Shown here one piece after another: positions 25,426-32,000 of a stretch of DNA of 32,000 nucleotides. The notes beneath the pieces were generated by a model. That model ran no database searches, was not told the origin of the DNA, and saw only the letters and a program-made list of their open reading frames with translations. The first letter of the stretch is position 1. Every line of letters begins with the position of its first letter. The position numbers and the translations under genes were made by a program. This DNA is from Patescibacteria group bacterium (GTDB lineage: Bacteria > Patescibacteriota > Patescibacteriia > 2-01-FULL-39-33): the NCBI GenBank assembly GCA_041662745.1, contig JBAZRV010000006.1, positions 11,215 to 43,214 of the forward strand. Reading direction: 5' to 3'.

Positions 25426-26514
25426 ATGAAATATCTATTTATTTTGGGCAACAATCCGGAATTATCCGTAGCCGAAATCACGGCTATTCTGCCCCAAGCG
25501 AAAATCCTCAAAAAAACCCAGCTCTACTTAGCGGTTGATAGCCCCAAAATTGATTGCCAACGACTGATGGACCGTTTGGGCGGGACCATCAAAATCGGCC
25601 TGGTATTGGGCGCGCATCCGGATGTTGGACCGATTACCGGTTCAGCCATGTCCAAAAGCGGTGGCCGTTTTAATTTCGGCCTTAGCTTCTATGGCCAAAA
25701 ACCCAGCAACTGGGGCTTAGGCATCAAAAAACAATTGAAAGGGCAAGGCATCAGTTCCCGTTTGGTCACCAGTCGCGAGCCAGCTTTATCGTCGGTTATC
25801 ATCACCAAAGAAAAATGCCAGGATTATATTATCACTCCGGAATTTTTCGCCCAAACTTGCGCCGTACAGGATTTTAAGGAATTCGGCAAACGGGATTTCG
25901 GCCGGCCGGCCGCCGACGCTTATTCGGGCATGCTGCCGCCTAAAGCCGCCAAAATGATGATTAATCTTAGCGGCGCTCAGACGACCGCCACGGTTTTAGA
26001 CCCCTTCTGCGGTTCCGGCACTATCTTATCCGAAGCCCTGGCCCTGGGCTACACTGACTTAATCGGCACCGACTTGTCGGATAAAGCCGTGGCTGACAGC
26101 CAAAAGAATCTCCAATGGCTGGCCGAAGAATTAAAAATCAAAGACTATAAACTGAAAATTGAAAAACTTGACGTTAGGGAACTGTCGAAAAATTTCGACA
26201 GTGTTGACGCCATTATCACTGAGCCGTACCTGGGCAAACCCATCAGAGGCAATGAGAATGCCGAGCAGATAAAATCAATCATCGCCGAGTTATCCGATTT
26301 ATACCTAAGCGCCTTCCGACAATTCAAAAAAGTCTTGGCTGAAAACGGAAAAATCGTCATGATTTTTCCCGAATGGCATTTGCACGGCAAGATCTACCGT
26401 TTAAATATCAGCGAGCGCGTCTCTCAACTCGGCTTTAAGCGCTTAGACAGCGGGGATTTATATTATAAACGCGAAGATCAAAAAGTTTGGCGCAACATCA
26501 CTATCTGGCAATAG
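25426..26514 (+). CDS. Class I SAM-dependent RNA methyltransferase (UPF0020/Trm11-like, probable guanine-N2)
   Basis: Motif I 'VLDPFCGSGTILSEA' and motif IV-like 'IITEPYLGKP', with an N-terminal non-catalytic domain of about 170 aa. The stop codon lies inside the first 23-bp tandem repeat unit. Confidence 0.65.
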   Translation: MKYLFILGNNPELSVAEITAILPQAKILKKTQLYLAVDSPKIDCQRLMDRLGGTIKIGLVLGAHPDVGPITGSAMSKSGGRFNFGLSFYGQKPSNWGLGIKKQLKGQGISSRLVTSREPALSSVIITKEKCQDYIITPEFFAQTCAVQDFKEFGKRDFGRPAADAYSGMLPPKAAKMMINLSGAQTTATVLDPFCGSGTILSEALALGYTDLIGTDLSDKAVADSQKNLQWLAEELKIKDYKLKIEKLDVRELSKNFDSVDAIITEPYLGKPIRGNENAEQIKSIIAELSDLYLSAFRQFKKVLAENGKIVMIFPEWHLHGKIYRLNISERVSQLGFKRLDSGDLYYKREDQKVWRNITIWQ

Positions 26515-26612
26515 TTTACTGTATTATCTATCAATAGTTTACTGTACTATCTATCAATAGTTTACTGTATTATCTATCAATAGTTTACTGTACTATCTGG
26601 CAATAGTTTACT
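26498..26612 (+). repeat. 5 x 23-bp tandem direct repeat
   Basis: Units are (T/G)(C/T)AYTATC-T(A/G)(T/G)CAATAGTTTACT, starting at 26498, 26521, 26544, 26567 and 26590. Unit 1 is the methyltransferase 3' end and unit 5 abuts the hairpin element. Confidence 0.9.
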
Positions 26613-26643
26613 GTCATTCCTGGCTTGACCAGGAATCCAGGTT
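26613..26643 (+). repeat. Palindromic hairpin repeat element (left end of the GIY-YIG cassette)
   Basis: GTCATTCCTGGCTTGACCAGGAATCCAGGTT is identical to 198-228 and ends 6 nt before the GIY-YIG ATG. Confidence 0.9.
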
Positions 26644-26649
26644 AAATTT

Positions 26650-26943
26650 ATGGCTAAGTATTATTATCTTTACATTTTAGCCAGCGAGAGAAACGGTACG
26701 CTATATATCGGCGTAACTAACAATCTTCTTAAAAGAGTTTGGGAACATAAAAACAAATTTGTTCAGGGATTTACTAACAAATATACAGTTGATAAATTAG
26801 TATATTACGAGATCTTTGAAGATATAAATGAAGCGATACTAAGAGAAACGCAAATGAAAAGATGGAAAAGAGAATGGAAAATAGAATTAATAGAAAAAGA
26901 TAATACGGAATGGATTGATTTATACGAAGAAATGTCAAAATAA
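26650..26943 (+). CDS. GIY-YIG nuclease family protein (small URI-domain, COG2827/YhbQ-like)
   Basis: 'YYLYILASERNGTLYIGVTNNLLKRVWEHK' (GIY..YIG..R..H/E) and 'EAILRETQMKRWKREWKIELIE'. Confidence 0.9.
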   Translation: MAKYYYLYILASERNGTLYIGVTNNLLKRVWEHKNKFVQGFTNKYTVDKLVYYEIFEDINEAILRETQMKRWKREWKIELIEKDNTEWIDLYEEMSK

Positions 26944-26960
26944 AAATAAATCTAATTATT

Positions 26961-26990
26961 AACCTGGATTCCTGCTTTCGCAGGAATGAC
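26961..26990 (-). repeat. Palindromic hairpin repeat element (right end, inverted orientation)
   Basis: AACCTGGATTCC-TGCTTTCGCA-GGAATGAC. Confidence 0.9.
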
Positions 26991-27086
26991 AAAAGGAGGG
27001 TAGGAATGACAAAAGGAGGGTAGGAATGACAAAAGGAGGACAGGAATGACAAAAGGAGGGTAGGAATGACAAGGGGGTGCGGGAAT
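26981..27086 (+). repeat. About 5 x 20-bp tandem direct repeat
   Basis: (C/T)AGGAATGACAAAAGGAGG(G/A) at 26981, 27001, 27021 and 27041, with a degenerate copy at 27061. The first unit is the outer arm of the hairpin element. Confidence 0.9.
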
Positions 27087-27110
27087 AAAAAATATACAAT
27101 AGAATAAATA

Positions 27111-27590
27111 ATGATTACCGTATTCAATAAACTTAATTATTTGCGCAGCAACAGAATCACGCAGGTGAAGCTGCCGATTTCCGCCGTGGCTCAGGAGCTG
27201 TCCGCGGCGCTTTTGATTGCCGCTGATTGTAATAAACGCCAAGAGTTAGGCGAATTACTGCTGGATGAACTCTGCGACTTGGCGCAAATAACTATTGTCA
27301 GCTTAACGGTCAACGACAGCAATCAGCAGCACCGTCGCCGCAACGGGCGCATCATCATGAAACGTTTCGGCTTGTACAAAGTGCGGGAAAAAATCATCCG
27401 CATTGAAAACCGTACGGCGGCGCGCGGGCAAATAATCTCTCCTAAAAGTTTCTTGGATACTTTGTTGCATGAGTGGTTGCACCACTATGATTTCCAGAAA
27501 CTGAAACTTAATTCCATCCACTCCAGAGGTTTTTACAACCGCTTTAATGACTTAAAAGAAAAACTGCAGATACCAAAAATGAGCCGATAA
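27111..27590 (+). CDS. Putative zinc metallopeptidase-fold protein (HExxH; SprT/YgjP-DUF45-like)
   Basis: 'DTLLHEWLHHYDF..NSIHSRGFYNRF' fits the HExxH..H..F pattern of SprT/YgjP-like proteins. The rest is not recognised. Confidence 0.55.
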   Translation: MITVFNKLNYLRSNRITQVKLPISAVAQELSAALLIAADCNKRQELGELLLDELCDLAQITIVSLTVNDSNQQHRRRNGRIIMKRFGLYKVREKIIRIENRTAARGQIISPKSFLDTLLHEWLHHYDFQKLKLNSIHSRGFYNRFNDLKEKLQIPKMSR

Positions 27591-27601
27591 CGGCTCTTTT
27601 T
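27581..27601 (+). terminator. Rho-independent terminator overlapping the stop codon
   Basis: GAGCCG-ATAA-CGGCTC followed by TTTTT. Confidence 0.7.
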
Positions 27602-27668
27602 GTTTAATTTTAAACATTTTTCAGTTACCGATAACCGCCCTTATTTTCCCAAATAATAAACATAAAAT

Positions 27669-27696
27669 AAAAAAACCGGCTTAATGCCGGAATTTT
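27669..27696 (-). terminator. Terminator downstream of tyrS (hairpin with A/T runs on both sides)
   Basis: AAAAAAACCGGC-TTAAT-GCCGGAATTTTTT. Confidence 0.7.
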
Positions 27697-28935
27697 TTAT
27701 TTGCTTTTTACCTTTACAAACTGTCTTCGGCCCCGTTGCAACAATAATCCGTCAGCGGGAATAATCGTCTCAAATTCATGATGCGCCACCAGTTGGTCGT
27801 CTATCTTTAACGCTTTCTCCTTAATCAGACGTCTGGCCTCGCTGGACGAAGCAACCAGTCCCGCCCGCAGAAACAAATCAGTCACGCCGATTTTACCCTT
27901 CACGGCCACTGCAATCTCCGGCACCTCTGCCGGTTTTTCTTTTTCCTGCACCACCCGCTTAAAATATTCCCGGCCTTTCTCGGCCGCCTGTTTCCCTAAA
28001 TATATCTCTACTATGTCATAAGCCAAATCCATCTTGGCGTCGCGGGGGTTAATGGCTCCAGACTTCAGTTTAGCCGCCGCCGCCTTAACCAGCTCCATGG
28101 GCGCATCAGTCAGAATCTCCAGGGCCGGCACGATCATTTCATCGGTCCAGCTCATCACTTTACCGAACATATCTTCAGGTTTATCGGTTAAAGCGATCAT
28201 ATTGCCCTCGGTCTTGCCCATCTTTTTCCCCGTCGGATCAGCCAACAGTTTCAACGTCAAAACGCATTTCTCCTTATTTTTCATCTTTTTCATCAGCGCG
28301 CGTCCGGCTAACATATTGAACATCTGATCATTGCCGCCGATTTCCAAATCCACATCCAGGGCCACCGAATCATACGCTTGCATCAAAGGATACATGAATT
28401 CGTTCAAATACAAATCCTTGCCTTCGGCCAATCTTTTCTGGAACATGTCGCGCGCCAGCATCTGTTGAGCGGTAAAATAAGAAGTCAACTGAAGGATATG
28501 GGAAAAATTCAGCCGTGACAGCCAGGAGTAATTATTCTTAAACAGAGTCTTTCTGGTATCAATCAGGTTGGCGATCTGCTTCTTCCACCCCTTCATATTG
28601 GCCCGAACCTGCATCGCGGTCAGCGCCTTGCGCGCCTGCGCCTTATCCGTCGGATCGCCGATCATGGCCGTAAAGCCGCCAAACAAAAAAATCACTTCAT
28701 GACCCAAGCGCTGGAATTGCGCCAGCTTGCGGATGGTCATGCCATGGCCCAAATGCAAAGAAGTGGCCGTCGGATCAAAACCGCAATACAAACGGATTTT
28801 TTTACCGGATAAAAGCAATTTTTGCAAAGTTTCTTTGTCAGGAAAAATCTGTTCTACTCCGCGAGTCAAAACATCATCAATTATTTTTTTATCAATAATA
28901 ACTTTGTTGCTCCGATATTTGATTAAGTGCCTCAT
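27697..28935 (-). CDS. tyrS: Tyrosine--tRNA ligase
   Basis: 'GFDPTATSLHLGHG' (HIGH), 'KMGKT' (KMSKS), and a C-terminal S4-like domain 'SSSEARRLIKEKALKIDD'. Confidence 0.95.
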   Translation of the reverse strand: MRHLIKYRSNKVIIDKKIIDDVLTRGVEQIFPDKETLQKLLLSGKKIRLYCGFDPTATSLHLGHGMTIRKLAQFQRLGHEVIFLFGGFTAMIGDPTDKAQARKALTAMQVRANMKGWKKQIANLIDTRKTLFKNNYSWLSRLNFSHILQLTSYFTAQQMLARDMFQKRLAEGKDLYLNEFMYPLMQAYDSVALDVDLEIGGNDQMFNMLAGRALMKKMKNKEKCVLTLKLLADPTGKKMGKTEGNMIALTDKPEDMFGKVMSWTDEMIVPALEILTDAPMELVKAAAAKLKSGAINPRDAKMDLAYDIVEIYLGKQAAEKGREYFKRVVQEKEKPAEVPEIAVAVKGKIGVTDLFLRAGLVASSSEARRLIKEKALKIDDQLVAHHEFETIIPADGLLLQRGRRQFVKVKSK

Positions 28936-28936
28936 A

Positions 28937-29887
28937 TTATTTTTTTTCTCCCCAATCGGGAGTCGCCACTTTGCCTTTTTTGGCAGCTAAGTATTTATAA
29001 GCGGACAAGGCGGCCTTGGCGCCCTCACCGGCGGCGATCGTCATTTGTTTGAATCCTACATCCGTGCAATCGCCGGCGGCAAATATTCCGAGCTGACTAG
29101 TAGTTCCGACTTTATCGGTAATAATTTCTTTACGTTCATTTAGTTTGACCGTATCCTTAATCCAATCGGTCTTGGGACTAAAACCGATTTCCACAAAAAT
29201 ACCGTCCACCGCCAATTCTTTCTCTTTATTGGTTTGCAAATCATTATATTTAAGGCCGGTAACTTTGTCAGAACCGACGACTGCCGTTACTTTCAGGCCA
29301 CAAATCACCTGCACGTTCTGGAGCGCCTTGACCCCTGCCACCAAAGCCGCATCAGCCACCGCATTACAAGAATCGGATAACAAATAAACCTGCTTAACCA
29401 CGCGAGACAGATACTCGGCGGCTTCCGATGCCGAATTGCCGCCGCCTATTACCGCTACGGTTTTATTCCTAAACAACGGGCCGTCGCAAGTGGCGCAATA
29501 GGACACGCCGCGGCCGGTCAATTCTTTTTCCTGCGGTACGCCCAGATCGCGCGGCGTTAAGCCGAAAGCCAAAATCACCGCCTCGGCCTGATATTCGGTT
29601 TGCGCGGTCTTTACGGCAAAAGTACCGGTATTTTCCTTGACGCTCTGCGCCTCGTCAGAGACAAACTCAACGCCCCACTTATCGGCTTGAACTTTCATCC
29701 TTTGCGTCAGTTCCAAACCGGTCGTGGATTCGGTGCCCGGCCAATTCTGCACTTCGTGCGCCAGAGCGGCTTGGCCGCCGACGGCTTTGGCAATCACCAA
29801 AACCTTTAACTCGCGCCGGCGAGCATAAATTGACGCGGTCAATCCGGCCGGACCACCGCCGATTATGATAACATCATAGTTAGACAT
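28937..29887 (-). CDS. trxB: Thioredoxin-disulfide reductase
   Basis: 'VIIIGGGPAGLTA', redox-active 'CATCDG', 'VIGGGNSASEEA'-like NADPH motif, and 'GIFAAGD'. Confidence 0.95.
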   Translation of the reverse strand: MSNYDVIIIGGGPAGLTASIYARRRELKVLVIAKAVGGQAALAHEVQNWPGTESTTGLELTQRMKVQADKWGVEFVSDEAQSVKENTGTFAVKTAQTEYQAEAVILAFGLTPRDLGVPQEKELTGRGVSYCATCDGPLFRNKTVAVIGGGNSASEAAEYLSRVVKQVYLLSDSCNAVADAALVAGVKALQNVQVICGLKVTAVVGSDKVTGLKYNDLQTNKEKELAVDGIFVEIGFSPKTDWIKDTVKLNERKEIITDKVGTTSQLGIFAAGDCTDVGFKQMTIAAGEGAKAALSAYKYLAAKKGKVATPDWGEKK

Positions 29888-30200
29888 ATTTTTCTATTTC
29901 CGCCTTTAACTGTTCTTTGCCCTGCAAACCCATCATGGTATTTCTCACTTCCCCGTTCTTAAAAACGATCAAAGTCGGTATGGACATTACGTTATATTTG
30001 CCGGCGGTCGCGGGATTAGCGTCAACATCCATGGCGCCCACTTTGGCCTTGTCGCCGATTTCCTTGGCCAACTCCTCAATAATCGGCCCCTGCATCTTAC
30101 ATGGACCGCACCAAGCGGCAAAAAAATCAACTAATACGACTTTATCGCTTTTTAATACCTCAACCTCAAAATTAGCATCGGTAAAAATAATTTCTGACAT
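29880..30200 (-). CDS. trxA: Thioredoxin
   Basis: 'FFAAWCGPCKM' active site and 106 aa length. The 8-nt overlap with the trxB start (ATGTCTAA) suggests translational coupling. Confidence 0.95.
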   Translation of the reverse strand: MSEIIFTDANFEVEVLKSDKVVLVDFFAAWCGPCKMQGPIIEELAKEIGDKAKVGAMDVDANPATAGKYNVMSIPTLIVFKNGEVRNTMMGLQGKEQLKAEIEKYV

Positions 30201-30287
30201 AAAATTATAATTAATAATGAATAAACCCCGTTAAATAACGCCGGCGCTTAACTGTTCCTTGCCCCGCATTTAACAAGCTGAATCTTA

Positions 30288-32000
30288 TCATTCTCCGTTT
30301 CCCAGGTCAACCGGAGGGGCAGCCGTAACTTCTGGAACACTGTCCGCCTGAACCGGATCCAAAATAGTCAATTCATCAACCGCCGGAGCGGCCTCAGGAT
30401 TGGACGACTCGCCAGTGCTTGTATCTGCCGGCTGAATTGTTTCCGTGACCTCGGAATCGGTTGTCCCGTCCGCTCCCAAAACGACCGGCGATCCGATAAC
30501 ATTAGTGACTAACGGCGAGGTGGAACTGGCAAAAAACGGATTACTGCTGGAAGACTCTGATAGCGTTGAAGAGGCATTTTGCAATAAAATCGGCGAACTG
30601 CTGCTTAGAACAACATTTATTTGATCGGTGATGCTTAAATCATTAACAGCTTCTTCCTGATCGGCAACCACGCCATCATCCTTAACCGCCATGGCATGCC
30701 AATTAAACCTCAGCTCTTCCGTAAACGGCAAATCAACCGCCATAATAAAGCCGGTAGAACTCTGCGCTTCTACCCAATAGCTGTGCCCGGAAATATTGAG
30801 CAGGGGAGTTAAAGTGATTATCGGATCCACATCATAGGGCTTGGCAAAATAAACTGTGGTGGAAGTTGCCCCTGCCGGTAACTTAACCGTACCGGCCGCA
30901 TCCTTATCCAGATAAATATGATCCTTAAATACGACTTTTGATTCAAATCCCGCCTCGCCGATAACCGTGATGGTGCCGTAGAAAGCGGCGGCGGAATTGA
31001 CCGCTAATGAATCCAACACTTCTAAACCATCAAGCGGGGAGTCGTCAACGATCAGATTGAAACTCGTACTGGAAGCGATGGCTTCTGACAATTGAGCGGA
31101 TAAAACCCCGAGTTCCTGTTCCTGGCGCTGAGCCAGTTGCAATAAATAAAAGGGCAAATGATCGGCGCGGTAACCCTTGGTTAGGCCATCATCAATATAT
31201 AACTCCGGCAAGGCGTCCCTGATTTCTTCGGCAATCAAACCGAAATCTGTTTGCCCGGTCTGCTTCCAAACAAATGATTTTACTTGCAGTCCCAGCAGAG
31301 CATCAATATTCAAACTGGTATCAATAATATCGTCTTTATATTCTCCGGATGAGGGATTGACGTTGGTCAGGGTCCCATTATTGGAATAAACGGCGCCGTT
31401 AGTATTCAAAGTGGCGATAGTTACGCTTTTATTCTCCGCATTGAAAGTTACAAACGGGCTTTCTGAATTATAATCCAACCAATTATAACTTTGAGCGCCC
31501 TGAAAATAAAAGGGGGCGGTATTAATCATTCCGTTTCCATTAAGCGCCAACACTTCATCAGCCTCCTTATCCAGAATGACTAAACCGCTATAGTCCTTGC
31601 CCAGCTTCTCGGCTTCAGTAATCCGCCAATTATTGGCGAAGACCAAATCGCCGGAGTAGACGGTTGTGCCATGGATAGTCCCCGTCACATCCAGATTCCC
31701 GGCCATTGTTGAGGTGCCGGTGCCGGAAAACACGTAGTCACCACTGACTGAAAGGGTTAAATCGTTCCCATTGACATTATAGATGTTTAAAGCATTAGTG
31801 GAAGTAGAAAATGAAAGCGCGAGCATATTCAGAGTATCGGCGAAGTCAGCGGCGGCGAAATTAATTGCCGGGTCTCCGCTTTCTTCAAGCAAGGTGAGAT
31901 TGTCATAAAATCCGCCGATATTGCTTGCCCAAGCATTGGGACTGGAAAAGCGAATCATCGGTATGGGACCGTTAAGTGTCCCTCCGCTGACATTTAATTG
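30288..32000 (-). CDS. Tail-fibre-like surface protein with an internal endosialidase-chaperone (peptidase S74-type) domain and a C-terminal H-type-lectin-like domain (5'-truncated by the window edge)
   Basis: The reading frame stays open upstream of the track's Met, to position 32000. 'SSGEYKDDIIDTSLNIDALLGLQVKSFVWK..DFGLIAEEIRDALPELY' fits the intramolecular chaperone auto-processing domain. 'VYFAKPYDVDPIITLTP..STGFIMAV..FNWHAMAV' fits H-type lectin topology. The tail is Ser/Pro/acidic. Confidence 0.65.
   Translation of the reverse strand, partial: QLNVSGGTLNGPIPMIRFSSPNAWASNIGGFYDNLTLLEESGDPAINFAAADFADTLNMLALSFSTSTNALNIYNVNGNDLTLSVSGDYVFSGTGTSTMAGNLDVTGTIHGTTVYSGDLVFANNWRITEAEKLGKDYSGLVILDKEADEVLALNGNGMINTAPFYFQGAQSYNWLDYNSESPFVTFNAENKSVTIATLNTNGAVYSNNGTLTNVNPSSGEYKDDIIDTSLNIDALLGLQVKSFVWKQTGQTDFGLIAEEIRDALPELYIDDGLTKGYRADHLPFYLLQLAQRQEQELGVLSAQLSEAIASSTSFNLIVDDSPLDGLEVLDSLAVNSAAAFYGTITVIGEAGFESKVVFKDHIYLDKDAAGTVKLPAGATSTTVYFAKPYDVDPIITLTPLLNISGHSYWVEAQSSTGFIMAVDLPFTEELRFNWHAMAVKDDGVVADQEEAVNDLSITDQINVVLSSSSPILLQNASSTLSESSSSNPFFASSTSPLVTNVIGSPVVLGADGTTDSEVTETIQPADTSTGESSNPEAAPAVDELTILDPVQADSVPEVTAAPPVDLGNGE

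Larger units (their letters stand above)
26613..26990 (+). mobile_element. Candidate selfish cassette: GIY-YIG nuclease gene bounded by inverted hairpin elements
   Basis: The left element reads GTCATTCC..GGAATCCAGGTTAA and the right element reads TTAACCTGGATTCC..GGAATGAC, in inverted orientation. Mobility is inferred, not shown. Confidence 0.4.

Noticed and set aside
26498-27086. Possible CRISPR arrays (regular 23-bp and 20-bp repeats)
   Set aside because: The units are directly abutting tandem repeats with no unique spacers, there are only about 5 copies, and no cas genes are in the window. They are better explained as junction arrays of the hairpin elements.
26774-27242. 117-aa and 96-aa ORFs on the - strand with repeated 'CHSYPPFVIP(T/V)LLLSFL'
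   Set aside because: The periodic peptide is the translation of the 20-bp tandem array. The ORFs overlap the GIY-YIG gene and the HExxH gene in antisense.
1-32000. Alternative genetic code (UGA recoding, as in some CPR lineages)
   Set aside because: Long housekeeping ORFs are intact under code 11. TGA is used as a real stop, for example in the 1262-1411 ORF. No conserved gene is interrupted by in-frame TGA.
30288-32000. Prophage interpretation of the tail-fibre-like gene
   Set aside because: I cannot accept or exclude this. The visible neighbours (trxA/trxB/tyrS) are housekeeping, and no capsid, terminase or integrase genes are in the window, so I report it as a surface protein. The region beyond 32000 would decide.

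Overview
This is a 32-kb chromosomal segment that uses the standard genetic code (TGA, TAA and TAG all act as stops). Genes are tightly packed and mostly housekeeping. Gene content and style suggest a small-genome, CPR/Patescibacteria-like bacterium; that placement is inference only. I support 27 CDS and one tRNA-Leu(UAG). The CDS are lgt, rpsO-pnp, an MgtA-type P-type ATPase, smc, a tandem metallophosphoesterase, polA, a TrmB / histidine-phosphatase / NahK-like kinase operon, holA, rlmN, rpsT, a secreted Cys-repeat protein, an RNA methyltransferase, a GIY-YIG nuclease, an HExxH protein, the trxA-trxB-tyrS operon, a 5'-truncated tail-fibre-like surface protein, and several orphan ORFs. Several near-consensus TTGACA-17-TATAAT promoters and many hairpin+T-run terminators are readable. 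There is no CRISPR array, transposase, integrase or recognisable defence operon. The most unusual content is non-genic. (1) A family of about 30-bp palindromic hairpin elements (GTCATTCC..GGAATCCAGGTT) occurs at six loci. One copy sits in frame inside polA, and another supplies the polA stop codon. Two copies lie in inverted orientation around the GIY-YIG gene, each abutted by a roughly five-copy tandem array built from element outer arm plus flank. This looks like a nuclease-associated repeat system, analogous in logic to REP/RAYT. (2) A leader or ncRNA of about 500 nt lies upstream of mgtA, with a perfect promoter, M-box-like motifs and an intrinsic terminator. (3) A surface protein carries an internal endosialidase-type chaperone domain followed by a lectin-like domain. 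All functional calls rest on motif recognition by eye; no searches were run.
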